Assembly: GCF_004010195.1 (NCBI RefSeq)
Contig: NC_057720.1
Span: forward strand, 90,413,801 to 90,470,883
Reading direction: 5' to 3'
Length of the DNA stretch: 57,083 nt
From: Chiloscyllium plagiosum
Taxonomy: Eukaryota
Positions 38,041-51,329 of the stretch are shown here, one piece after another. The notes beneath the pieces are model-generated. The model saw only the letters and a list, made by a program, of their open reading frames with translations, did not search any database and was not told where the DNA came from. The position numbers were made by a program, and so were the translations under genes. Position 1 is the stretch's first letter. Every line of letters starts with the position of its first letter.

Positions 38041-39338
38041 CTCAGAATCTCCAACCATCTCCAATGGTAATAGTGGCGTTGCTCTTGGCGTGGCTGTGCT
38101 TGAAGCATCCGGGTTTGCAAAGCAAAGAAATGATTTGGCAAACATACCATCCTTCTCATTTTGTATGTATGAGAAGGCGAGATGATGGGAAGTGCTCTTG
38201 ATGAAAAGGACCTGGATGTCCTTGGTCATGAGTCAGTAACCGAATTCATACGGAGCAGTAAGTAATCAGCACAGTAAATATGTGTTGTCCTTCAGTGCAA
38301 ACTGATTAAAGCATATGAACGTTGACACCTTTGTGCAGTTGTAGAGTGATATTGATAAAGTACTTGGGGCGCTGTGAAAAGATTTTCTCTCCTTTATATT
38401 GAATGATCTCCTTGTCACGATGAAACAGTGTAAAGGAGTTTCACTAGCCTAATCCCTGTACTGATGGTACCATGAGGAGGGTGTGAAGAAAATGAGTATT
38501 TAATCTGTAATGCTACAAAAGAATAAAAAGTGATTGCGATAAAACTTGAACGTAATGGACCAAAACAAAACATTGATGGCATGAAATATAACATGTTTTC
38601 CGCAATGCATGTTTCATATTTGGGCAAATACATGGATAAGAAACTTTGAGAAGGACAAGGTCGAAGCGTAAGGAAATGGTTTGAGCATGGATGACATATT
38701 GGTCGGCATAGATCAGTTAGGTTGAAGGGCCTGTCCCCGTGCTGAAGGATTCGATGAATCTATGACAGTTTACATATCTCTGTGGAACCCCTATATTGGT
38801 TGCGAGAGAGCTACAGGTTCTGAATAAACTCTCACCATCTCAATGTACAGTTGGGGTGAGACCCTGCACTGAGCACCACATTTTTCTCAAACCTGCCAGT
38901 AGCCACACTCTGATAGAATTGGCCATTCCCAAAAGTTTTTGATCTCCATGCAGAACACTAGCCTGTCTTCTCGGAGATGGAACATGCCTTCTTGAGACTT
39001 GGTACAAACCATCCACTTTGCCTCCCTACCATCAACAAACCACGTTAATGTAACACTTATGTACCATTAGCAATGGAGCCATTAGGGACAACTTGGAGTA
39101 GTCTGTCTCTGCAGTCTGTGCTTCATTGGTTTTTCGTGTTGCAGTATTAATGACATCCTCCTATTGCAGTATAATGGTTTGGAGGGGATGAATGGCTTCT
39201 TCTATTCATGTGTGAGAGTTTCAAGGGGCTGAATGCCCTCCTTCTGCTCCCAGAGAAGAGGGTCATTATTGGGCAACCCATGTTCCCTGCTTACCAGCAT
39301 GTTGTGCTGACTGGACGCCTTATCTTCCTGTGTAATAA

Positions 39339-40801
39339 TAGACAAACAGGAGGCTGGAATAACACGGCAAACCAGGCAGCATCAGGAGATAGAGAAGTCA
39401 AGATTTCAGGTATAACCGATCTTCAGGACTATGGGTGGGGGTAGGGTAGCTGCAGATAAAGAGGGACGGGGGAGGTTGGACTGGGGAGAGCAGCGGGATG
39501 ATGAGGTATGGATTGGCGGTCACAAGTAGTGAATTCAACCTGCTTGGTCAATGGGAGGGATGAATCCATTTGGTAGCTGGAAGGCAGGGTCGTTAGGTGG
39601 AATAAAAGAGAGGGGGAGTGGCTGGAAAGGGAGCAGGGGCATGACTCGGATGTTTATTAAAATTTGGAGAACTCAACGTTGAGTCCTCCAGGCAGTAGGC
39701 TGCCCAGGCAGAAGATACGGTGTTGTCCCTCCAATTTGCAGTCTGACTCATGGTGGAAACAGAGGAGGCCAAGGATAGTCATGTTGGAAAGGGATTGAGA
39801 AGGGGAATTGAAATGTATGGTGACTGGGATGTCAGGTCATCCCCTTTGTGCCCAGCTGTGATGCTCAGAGAAATGTACCCTTAGTTTATGTTTCGTCTCT
39901 CTCATGTAGAGCAGACCACATTGGGAGTACCTGATGCAGTAAACTAGGTTGGAGGAAAGACAGGTGAACCTCAGTTTCAAATGAAGGACTGTTTGGGGCG
40001 CTGGATAGATGTGAGGGAGGTGTTGTGCAAGCGGGTTATGCAACTTTTCTGTTTGCAGCGGCAGTGCCAGTGGGGATTGGAGGTTTTGGTGAAGAGTGTG
40101 GCACGAACCAAACATTAGTGAAGGGAATGGTCCTTGTGGAAGATGTGCCAGGTGGTGGGATCCAACCCAGTTTACTGTATCTGGTGCTCCCAATGTGGTC
40201 GTCTTCACATCAGGGAGACCAAATGTAAACTAAGGGAATGTTTTGCTGAGAATCTCAGTTGGGTCTGTAAGGGCTGACATGGTCTACCAGTCACTGCCTA
40301 TTTCAATTGCCCCTCCAACGCCCTTTCCAACGTCGCCATCCTTGACTTCCTCCATTGCCACAATGAAACAAACCGCAAACTGGACAAACAACACTTCGTC
40401 TTTCGCCTGGGCAGCCTACAGCCTGGGGGACTCAACATTGATTTCCCCAATCTCAAATAGCCGTCCTTCCAATCCCCCAAATACATTCCCAGCCCCTCCT
40501 CCTCCCTTCCATTCCTCTGATGAGCCCTTCTGCCAATAACCATCTGGATTCATTCCTCCTATCGACAAACACGGTCATACCCTGTACCTGCATTCACCTA
40601 TACCCACCTCACCACCCTGCCTGCTCCTCCCCACCCCGCCTCTTTAAATGTAGACCCTCTTACCCCTCACTCTCAGTCTGGAAGAAGGCTTTTACCCAAG
40701 GCGTTGACTTCTCACCTCCTGAAGCTGCCTCTCTTGTTTTGTTGTTCCGGCTTCCTTCCTGTCTACTTTGAATTCCAACATTTGCAGAATTTTAAAAAGT
40801 C
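39339..40801. mobile_element. PLE with inverted halves and 16-bp TSD
   Basis: Minus-strand GIY-YIG remnant (RFTCLSSNLVYCIRYSQCGLLYMRETK) and a plus-strand counterpart from ~40165. TSD tcttcYtgtgtaataa at 39323-39338 and 40802-40817. Confidence 0.85.
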
Positions 40802-41812
40802 TCTTCTTGTGTAATAAGCAACAGAGAGTGAATGGGCTGTTTCGATGGGCTGAATGGCTTTCTCACATTCCAGTGAAATCAGCTGAATGACCTCCTCTTT
40901 CTGTACTGTGGAAATGTGCAGTGTCCAGCAATGCGATCACACGAATGTTACCTGCACATTAACAGCATGAGCTTGAATATTGTCCAGGTTTTGATGCTTT
41001 ATGTGATCTTCACTGAACATCTTCACTTCTGGACGAATGACGGAAGGTAAGACATTCATGAATCAGCTGAAAATGTTCATGCGGAGGAAGCGACCCTCTT
41101 GATCGCCTACAGAGATATCCAGGGACTGAGAGGATTGATGTCCAACAGCCACATTGTGTTCTGAATGACCCAACCAGTGGAGAGATTACTATAGATTCCC
41201 ATTAAGTACGAATCTTGTTCAAACCCTTTGACACATTGCTCAGTCAAATCTTTCAGTAATGTCAGGGCCAGTCACTCTGACGCTGTGTTCATATCTTTTG
41301 TTCATATCAATAGGCCAAGGTAGATGTGTGGGGAGTGCTTCCTTCTCTGATAGGATAGTGACTGTTGGGGCCTCTCTATCCCAGACAGATGCATCACTGA
41401 AATGTTTGGGAGGGGGTGAGGAGCGTGTCAATGGACTTTGGGAGAGTCGAGTGCTGCAAAGAATTTGCATGAAAGAGAAATTTCCACAGCCAGCAGATCA
41501 TCCCTGACCTTACTGAAGGGAAGGGCAGGCTTGAGGAGCTAAATATCCTCGTGTTATTCCAGTATATCCCAGAGTCCAGTCAGTTTGTGGTCTGTTCCAT
41601 TTCCTGTGTTACTGACCTGAAGTAGCTGAATAAACTGATCCTGTTGCTGCATAACAGGGTACTGATGCGACATGATCTACTCTGGGTCCAGTGTTCTAAG
41701 TTCGAGGGGCTGATTGGCCTCCTCCTGCAACTGTATGTCAGGCTCCAGGGGCTGAAAATCCTTATTTCGTCCTGGTGTAACTGAAATCCATATAGACTAA
41801 ATCTACTACCCG

Positions 41813-42010
41813 AGGAGAAAATGAGCACTGCAAATTCTGGAGATCAGAGTCGACAAGTGTGGCACTGCAAAAGCATGGCCATTCAGGCAACATCTGAGGG
41901 ACAGGATAATCGATGTTTTGGACATTCGTGATGAAGGGCTTATGCCTGAAATATCGATTCTCTTGTTCCTTCCTGATCTGCTGTGCTTTTCCAGCACCAC
42001 ACTTTTTGAC
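41813..42010. mobile_element. Decayed PLE foldback mini-element (second copy at 48757-48954)
   Basis: ggagaaaatgagcactgcaaattctggagatcag tail and inverted arms around gtgatgaagggcttatgcctgaaa. Confidence 0.75.
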
Positions 42011-44760
42011 GTCTATTGCCTAGTCAACCTTCCTGGTCATGTCATCAAATAACTTTAAGAAATCTGTCAAGCATGATCTCCCACGCACAAAGCCATGCTC
42101 AATATTTCTAATCAAATATTGTATTTTGAAATTAATGTACATCTTATCCTTCAGAATTTTCTCAAGAAACGTAACTGCCACAGATGTTAAACTTACTGGT
42201 CCATAGTTCGAAAGCTTTTTTACCCCCAGTCCTTCTTAAATAAGGTCACAATATTTGCTAACCTCCAGTCTTCCTGGATCTCATCTGTGGTTAATGCTGA
42301 TCAAACTTATCAGCCAGGTCCCCCATAAATTCTTCTCTAGCCCCTGACAGTGTTCTTGGATATATCTGGTAAGGAACGTGAGATTTATCCAAACTCAAGC
42401 ATTCTACTACGTCCAGTACCTCATCTACTGCAATATGGACTGTCCCTAAGAAATCACCACGAACTTCATCAAGTTCCTAAGTATTCATTTCTTTCTCCAT
42501 GTTAAACACAGAGCCCCCTTTTTGTCCTCCTGATTTCCTTCTTCAGTAAATTCCTGCATCCCTTATATACCTTGATTCACTTGATTCCAGCTGCCTTAAC
42601 TGAGCTGCCTTTTTTTCCGGTCAAAGCCTAAATATATCTTGTCATTCAGGGTTCCCCATTCCTGCTAACTTTCCTTTCACCCCCACAGCAACAAATAGAC
42701 CTTGAACTCTAGTATCTCGCGTTCAAAGGCCTCGCACCTGCCAGCGGTCCCTTTGCTGGCAAACAAACTATTCCGTCAAACCCCTGCAAACTCCAATTAA
42801 TTCCATCTAAATTCGTCTTGCCTCAATTTAGAACTTGAAGCTGTGGACCAGTTTTGTCGCTCTCCATAACTACGTAAAAATTAATAGAATTACGGTCACT
42901 GATTCCAAAGTGCTCCCCCACTGTCACCTCCACCTGCTGTTCTATCATATTTCCAACGAGTAGGTCGAATTTTGCCCCTTCACGAGTATGCCCCCTCTAT
43001 ATACTGCTTGAGGAAATTTTCCTGGATTAATTAACGGATTCGAGCCCACCAAATCACTTAAAGTTCTGGTAGTCCCAGTTTATGTTATAAAAATTAAAAT
43101 CCCCAATTATGACAATCTTTTTGCTCCTGCATGCCCCATCTCTCTGCTAGTATATTTGTTACTCTAATTCCTGTTGACTATTTGAAGGCCTATTGTACAA
43201 CCCCTAGAACATCACCATTCCCCTTCCTATTTATTAGCTCCATCCATAAATCCTCGTTATTTGATCCTTCAGTTATTTCTCTCTCATTACTGCTGTGATA
43301 CTTCCCTTCATCAGAAATGCAAATCCCCCTCTCCTCCTTTCACTGGCGCTGTCCTGCCTAAAGCAGCTAAACCCTGGCACATTAAGCTGCCAGTCCTGTC
43401 CCTCCCTAAGCCATGCTTCTGTAATGGCTAGAATATCCCATTCCCACGTACCTATCCATGCCCTGAGTTCATTGGCCTTACCTGTCAGCCCTCTTGCAAT
43501 GAAATAAATCCAGCAGGCATTCCTTGCTCTCTATCGTTTTTCAGCCTGACCCGTCTCTTCACTTTACTGTTTCTGATTACTGTATCTCCTTCCAGCCTCA
43601 CACTTGCTTCCCTGCTCTTGAGGATCCCACACCCTGCCAATTTCGTTTAAACCCTCCCTTGGAACACCAGCAAAACTGGTCGCCAAGTTATTGGTCCGCC
43701 CTCCAGTATATGTGCCACCTGTCCCTCTTGAAAAGATCAACTCTGTCACAGAAAAGACCCCAATGATCTAAAAGTCTGAGTCTCTACACCATGTACCAAT
43801 TCTTTAGTCATGCATGTATCTGCCATATCCTCCTATTCTCATGAAACAGGAAGTAATCAGGAGATTACCAAATCGAAGTTTTGGTTTTGAACTTTTCTCC
43901 TAGCTCTCTGTAATCACTCTGTAGGACTTTATCCCTATCTCTACCTGCATCATTTATACCAATGTGCACAATGATTTCTGGCTGCTCACCCTCCCACGTG
44001 ACAACGTTCTGCAGCCACTCAGAGTCTTCCTGGACCCTGACACCTGTGAGGTAACACACCTTGCTGGATTCCCGTTTGAGGCCCCATAATCTCCAATCCG
44101 TTCCTCCAACAACCGACTCTCCTATCTCTAAGACCCTGTTACATTTACCCTTTCCCGCTGTACCCCAGAGTCAGTGGTCTTGCCACCAACCTGGCTACTG
44201 TTGCATTCCCTTGAAAGGTCTTTCCTCCCAACAGTATCTAAAATGTTTTCCGTGCTTTCGAGAGGAATGGCCATAGGGGATTGCTGCACTCTCTGCCTAC
44301 TCCCTTTCCCATTCCAAACCTACTCTCTGCCTGGAACACGACAGGGAGCAAGGACTGGCCGTTGAATCAAGTTGTGTTTATTTAAACGCAACAGGACTGA
44401 CAGGTAAGGCTGATGAAATCAGGGCGTGAATCTGCATGTGGGACTGGGTCATTATAGTCATTACAGAAACATGGCTAGGGGCGTGTCTTGGGCGTGACCA
44501 CCATACTAAAGCACGTATCTATGAAGTTCATAGCATCTCCGATGATCCTGAGTGTATCCAGCTCCAACTCCCAAACATGGTCGATCAGGAGCTGTAGACA
44601 GGTGCACTTTCCACACATGTAGTCATCAGGGACGGTGGAAATCTCCCGGAGCTCCAACATCCCACAGGAGGAACGTGCAACTGGACTGACTGCCATCTCG
44701 ATTGCTGAAATACGAAATTAAAAGGAGTTTATTTGAGCATGCTCTGTGCTTTTTGCTGAG
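42011..44760 (-). mobile_element. CR1 LINE 5' half: ORF1 (zinc finger plus SGNH esterase) and ORF2 endonuclease to RT start, decayed
   Basis: SSCGMLELREISTVPDDYMCGKCTCLQLL (44475-44696) and GEQPEIIVHIGIND (43865-44059), with endonuclease remnants at 42900-43500. Confidence 0.85.
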
Positions 44761-45249
44761 CTGCTGCTATCTGAAGCCTCTCAATCCAATGAAATACTAC
44801 TTAAGTCTCGTAGCAACTGCACTTTCTCTACTCCTCCACATTTACTTTTAGTCAGGAAAGTAGGGAGACACGACAGTGATGTATATTTGTGACTTACACA
44901 CTCATTGACACCAATCCGATGATAACCTGCTCTCCAGAGCAGGTCTTACTGAGATCTTCCTCCTGGTAGAGGTGATTGCGCTGATGCAAATCTTCACCCC
45001 AACAGCCAATCTGCTTTGTCGCAGTCCTCTGGTCCTTTCTGTCTATTAGCACTGGTTTTATGAATTCCTTGAATCCGTCGATTTTATTCCAACCTGTGTC
45101 TCACTCCAAAGGGAGGGAGGTTAATGTTCGAACAGAGGGCTATTGCAAAAAAAAAGCATTACACGTAGGAGTAACATTATGCCTAACCGCTCACTCAGTC
45201 TGCTTTCATGTTCAATTCGGTTATATTTATTCTGATAATCTCGCATTCT

Positions 45250-46870
45250 ACTTTCACGCCTTCTCCCCATAACTAACCCTTGTTTAAAAATCTGTCTGAC
45301 TCAGCCTTCAAGATAATTAATGATCTAGCCTCAACAGCCCTCAGGAATTTCTGCAATTGTTTCCCTCTCACTGTTGGGAGACTTGGTTGTGTTTAATCCC
45401 ATGCCTTATTCCTAGCACATTTTGTGAATTGTGCCGACATTAGATGTTATCGTGTCCTATCACTCTACTCTGTGGCCAGAGGCAAAAAAAAAGATGAAAA
45501 TTTCAGAGCCTGTAATCTTCTCCCTCATCTTCCACATCAGCCTAAGATGCAGCTCATTCAGATCTGGGGATTTGCCCACTGTTTACCATGCATACACTTC
45601 CAATTCTTCCTTGGCTTCTTTATCAATTCATTCAAGGGTCACACAGTCATTCTCCCTGAATCCAGGAACGGCTTCTTCAAACTGAAGACCGACATGAAGC
45701 GCGTGTTTAATATATTCTGTGGCTCGGTGCACAGGCTGCCCCAATTGGTCTCTAATACTCCCCCTTCTTTCTGTTGTTATCCTCTTCCTCTTAATAAATT
45801 GATAAAATGTCTTTGGATTCATGTTAATCTTACCCACTAATGTTTTATGCCGATCCCCCTTCTGCTCTTCGACTCACTTTTTAAGTTTAGCCCTCCACTT
45901 ACTATATTCTTTTAGTGCATCCATTGATCTGATCACATTGTACCCGCTTTAATCTCTCTTTCGTTTTTAATCCTGTTCTGAGTGTTTGTTGACATCCGAG
46001 GTTCTCTGGGCTTGTTTTCCAAATTTTCATCTTCAGTGTAACATGTTGGGCGGACCCTCTCATTAATTCCATTTTGATCAAGTTATCTCCCATGCCCCTG
46101 CCACACTCAGTTCTGCTACAGTTTCATCCAGAAACCACTGCACTTTGGCCAGATCCTGTCATTTTTTTTCATAAATTCGGTCTCCCCAATCCATTAACCT
46201 TTTACTTTCCAGACGGTGTTTGTTTTATCTTTTACTTAACAAACTTAAAATGTATGATGTCACGGTCACTGGCCGTATAATGCTGTCCCAATCCTGCCTG
46301 CGATATCCTGACTGGCGGTTCCCCACAGTGAGGCCCAGCATTGACCCACCCATTGTTGTATCTGCTACATGTTGATATAAAAAGCTCTCTGGAAAAAATT
46401 TCAAGGCATCTGTCCCCTCTTGAAAAGTTATCACTGCCCGAATGAATGTTTAGAAATGAAATGCCTGTATGTAACAATCCTGTTATTGTTTTTACACACC
46501 CCAGTAAATTGGTTATATATTTGCTCCTGTACTTTCTTTTATCTCGAGGTCTATAATATATCCCCAACAGTGCCCACCAGTTTTGATCCTGAGCTCTATC
46601 CACCAAGCCTCATTAGAAGATTATTCCAAGGTATTGTCCCTCCTTACTGTAGTAAATGACTCCATAACTAAAAATGCAACACCAACTCCTCTTTTACCCC
46701 TTTCCTGTCCTGCCTATAGGTCTTGTAACACAGCATATTGCGTTGTAAGCACTGACCTCCCTCAAACATATCTCTGTAATGGCAAACGTGTCACATTTCC
46801 ACATGTCACCTTGTTCCCTTATCACATCTGTCTGTTCGATAATATTCCCAGCATTAAGGTAAAGCACATC
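45250..46870 (-). mobile_element. Second CR1 ORF2 endonuclease region, decayed
   Basis: VLYLNAGNI, CDTFAITEICL, LLGIYYRP and NPKTFYQFIKRKR. Confidence 0.8.
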
Positions 46871-47370
46871 NNNNNNNNNNNNNNNNNNNNNNNNNNNNNN
46901 NNNNNNNNNNNNNNNNNNNNNNNNNNNNNNNNNNNNNNNNNNNNNNNNNNNNNNNNNNNNNNNNNNNNNNNNNNNNNNNNNNNNNNNNNNNNNNNNNNNN
47001 NNNNNNNNNNNNNNNNNNNNNNNNNNNNNNNNNNNNNNNNNNNNNNNNNNNNNNNNNNNNNNNNNNNNNNNNNNNNNNNNNNNNNNNNNNNNNNNNNNNN
47101 NNNNNNNNNNNNNNNNNNNNNNNNNNNNNNNNNNNNNNNNNNNNNNNNNNNNNNNNNNNNNNNNNNNNNNNNNNNNNNNNNNNNNNNNNNNNNNNNNNNN
47201 NNNNNNNNNNNNNNNNNNNNNNNNNNNNNNNNNNNNNNNNNNNNNNNNNNNNNNNNNNNNNNNNNNNNNNNNNNNNNNNNNNNNNNNNNNNNNNNNNNNN
47301 NNNNNNNNNNNNNNNNNNNNNNNNNNNNNNNNNNNNNNNNNNNNNNNNNNNNNNNNNNNNNNNNNNNNNN
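46871..47370. other. Assembly gap (500 N)
   Basis: Run of n. Confidence 1.
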
Positions 47371-50300
47371 GGGACTCAACATTGATTTCCCCAATCTCAA
47401 ATAACCGTCCTTCCAATCCCCCAAATACATTCCCAGCCCCTCCTCCTCCCTTCCATTCCTCTGATGAGCCCTTCTGCCAATAACCATCTGGATTCATTCC
47501 TCCTATCGACAAACACGGTCATACCCTGTACCTGCATTCACCTATACCCACCTCACCACCCTGCCTGCTCCTCCCCACCCCGCCTCTTTAAATGTAGACC
47601 CTCTTACCCCTCACTCTCAGTCTGGAAGAAGGCTTTTACCCAAGGCGTTGACTTCTCACCTCCTGAAGCTGCCTCTCTTGTTTTGTTGTTCCGGCTTCCT
47701 TCCTGTCTACTTTGAATTCCAACATTTGCAGAATTTTAAAAAGTCTCTACTTGTGTAATAAGCAACAGAGAGTGAATGGGCTGTTTCGATGGGCTGAATG
47801 GCTTTCTCACATTCCAGTGAAATCAGCTGAATGACCTCCTCTTTCTGTACTGTGGAAATGTGCAGTGTCCAGCAATGCGATCACACGAATGTTACCTGCA
47901 CATTAACAGCATGAGCTTGAATATTGTCCAGGTTTTGATGCTTTATGTGATCTTCACTGAACATCTTCACTTCTGGACGAATGACGGAAGGTAAGACATT
48001 CATGAATCAGCTGAAAATGTTCATGCGGAGGAAGCGACCCTCTTGATCGCCTACAGAGATATCCAGGGACTGAGAGGATTGATGTCCAACAGCCACATTG
48101 TGTTCTGAATGACCCAACCAGTGGAGAGATTACTATAGATTCCCATTAAGTACGAATCTTGTTCAAACCCTTTGACACATTGCTCAGTCAAATCTTTCAG
48201 TAATGTCAGGGCCAGTCACTCTGACGCTGTGTTCATATCTTTTGTTCATATCAATAGGCCAAGGTAGATGTGTGGGGAGTGCTTCCTTCTCTGATAGGAT
48301 AGTGACTGTTGGGGCCTCTCTATCCCAGACAGATGCATCACTGAAATGTTTGGGAGGGGGTGAGGAGCGTGTCAATGGACTTTGGGAGAGTCGAGTGCTG
48401 CAAAGAATTTGCATGAAAGAGAAATTTCCACAGCCAGCAGATCATCCCTGACCTTACTGAAGGGAAGGGCAGGCTTGAGGAGCTAAATATCCTCGTGTTA
48501 TTCCAGTATATCCCAGAGTCCAGTCAGTTTGTGGTCTGTTCCATTTCCTGTGTTACTGACCTGAAGTAGCTGAATAAACTGATCCTGTTGCTGCATAACA
48601 GGGTACTGATGCGACATGATCTACTCTGGGTCCAGTGTTCTAAGTTCGAGGGGCTGATTGGCCTCCTCCTGCAACTGTATGTCAGGCTCCAGGGGCTGAA
48701 AATCCTTATTTCGTCCTGGTGTAACTGAAATCCATATAGACTAAATCTACTACCCGAGGAGAAAATGAGCACTGCAAATTCTGGAGATCAGAGTCGACAA
48801 GTGTGGCACTGCAAAAGCATGGCCATTCAGGCAACATCTGAGGGACAGGATAATCGATGTTTTGGACATTCGTGATGAAGGGCTTATGCCTGAAATATCG
48901 ATTCTCTTGTTCCTTCCTGATCTGCTGTGCTTTTCCAGCACCACACTTTTTGACGTCTATTGCCTAGTCAACCTTCCTGGTCATGTCATCAAATAACTTT
49001 AAGAAATCTGTCAAGCATGATCTCCCACGCACAAAGCCATGCTCAATATTTCTAATCAAATATTGTATTTTGAAATTAATGTACATCTTATCCTTCAGAA
49101 TTTTCTCAAGAAACGTAACTGCCACAGATGTTAAACTTACTGGTCCATAGTTCGAAAGCTTTTTTACCCCCAGTCCTTCTTAAATAAGGTCACAATATTT
49201 GCTAACCTCCAGTCTTCCTGGATCTCATCTGTGGTTAATGCTGATCAAACTTATCAGCCAGGTCCCCCATAAATTCTTCTCTAGCCCCTGACAGTGTTCT
49301 TGGATATATCTGGTAAGGAACGTGAGATTTATCCAAACTCAAGCATTCTACTACGTCCAGTACCTCATCTACTGCAATATGGACTGTCCCTAAGAAATCA
49401 CCACGAACTTCATCAAGTTCCTAAGTATTCATTTCTTTCTCCATGTTAAACACAGAGCCCCCCTTTTGCCCTCCTGATTTCCTTCTTCAGTAAATTCCTG
49501 TATCCCTTATATACCTTGATTCACTTGATTCCAGCTGCCTTAACTGAGCTGCCTTTTTTTCCGGTCAAAGCCTAAATATATCTTGTCATTCAGGGTTCCC
49601 CATTCCTGCTAACTTTCCTTTCACCCCCACAGCAACAAATAGACCTTGAACTCTAGTATCTCGCGTTCAAAGGCCTCGCACCTGCCAGCGGTCCCTTTGC
49701 TGGCAAACAAACTATTCCGTCAAACCCCTGCAAACTCCAATTAATTCCATCTAAATTCGTCTTGCCTCAATTTAGAACTTGAAGCTGTGGACCAGTTTTG
49801 TCGCTCTCCATAACTACGTAAAAATTAATAGAATTACGGTCACTGATTCCAAAGTGCTCCCCCACTGTCACCTCCACCTGCTGTTCTATCATATTTCCAA
49901 CGAGTAGGTCGAATTTTGCCCCTTCACGAGTATGCCCCCTCTATATACTGCTTGAGGAAATTTTCCTGGATTAATTAACGGATTCGAGCCCACCAAATCA
50001 CTTAAAGTTCTGGTAGTCCCAGTTTATGTTATAAAAATTAAAATCCCCAATTATGACAATCTTTTTGCTCCTGCATGCCCCATCTCTCTGCTAGTATATT
50101 TGTTACTCTAATTCCTGTTGACTATTTGAAGGCCTATTGTACAACCCCTAGAACATCACCATTCCCCTTCCTATTTATTAGCTCCATCCATAAATCCTCG
50201 TTATTTGATCCTTCAGTTATTTCTCTCTCATTACTGCTGTGATACTTCCCTTCATCAGAAATGCAAATCCCCCTCTCCTCCTTTCACTGGCGCTGTCCTG

Positions 50301-50660
50301 CCTAAAGCAGCTAAACGCTGGCACATTAAGCTGCCAGTCCTGTCCCTCCCGTAGCCATGTTTCTGTAATGGCTATAATATCCCACTCCCGCGTACCTATC
50401 CATGCCCTGAGTTCATTGGCCTTACCTGTCAGCCCTCTTGCAATGAAATAAATCCAGCAGGCATTCCTTGCTCTCTATCGTTTTTCAGCCTGACCCGTCT
50501 CTTCACTTTACTGTTTCTGATTACTGTATCTCCTTCCAGCCTCACACTTGCTTCCCTGCTCTTGAGGATCCCACACCCTGCCAATTTCGTTTAAACCCTC
50601 CCTTGGAACACCAGCAAAACTGGTCGCCAAGTTATTGGTCCGCCCTCCAGTATATGTGCC
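47371..50660 (+). repeat. Near-identical copy of 40427-43716 (offset 6944)
   Basis: Identical ORF translations at offset 6944 and only a handful of substitutions. Confidence 0.95.
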
Positions 50661-50965
50661 CTCCAGTATCCAGGATAATATTCCCAGCATTAAGGTAAAG
50701 CACATCCAACCTGGAATATAGCACCTGGAATCCTCTGTATCTCGGAGTTCTTCAATCAATCAGTGTTCGGTATCAAGCTGCCCAATTCATGAACCAAAAC
50801 TGTAACCTCTGGGACTGAATTAGTATTTGTTGAAATGCAATTTAGTTTTTAATAAATGCATTAATCAAATGCAATTTTCCGGAACTGAGCAGTCTTATCC
50901 ACATACAATGAGTTTCTCCTGATTAATTCCCTGCTCAGTATGCAGGTGGGATAGCCGTCAGTAAT

Positions 50966-51095
50966 AGGGAAAATAAGGACGGCAGATGCTGGAGATCAGA
51001 GTCGAAACGTGTAGCACTGAAAACGAACAGCCGGTCAGGCAATATCTGAGGAGCAGGAGAGTCAAAGGTTTGGGCTTCACCCCTTCATCAGGAAA
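50966..51095 (-). mobile_element. PLE terminal fragment
   Basis: gcagatgctggagatcagagtcg...gaggagcaggagagtc...ccttcatcagg. Confidence 0.7.
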
Positions 51096-51329
51096 ACATT
51101 CGTGCCTTCCCATATTTTTAATTCCATGGTTCACAGGATATTGCAATACATACATGCTCAGTGAAGCAGCACGGTGTATAACCCTGAAAACGAAAGTTGT
51201 CAATCAGTTGGTTAGACAGGGCATAGACAATTTGAGGTGAAGTACAGACTAATTGAAGTACAAACATGAGGAGAGATAAATACCCTGAGCCAGAGGGGAA
51301 ACACCTTAGGTTGCTACAGGAAAAGAGGA

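Noticed and set aside
46583-47512. Long ORFs of 221-273 aa in the track
   Set aside because: Artefacts of translating through the N-gap.
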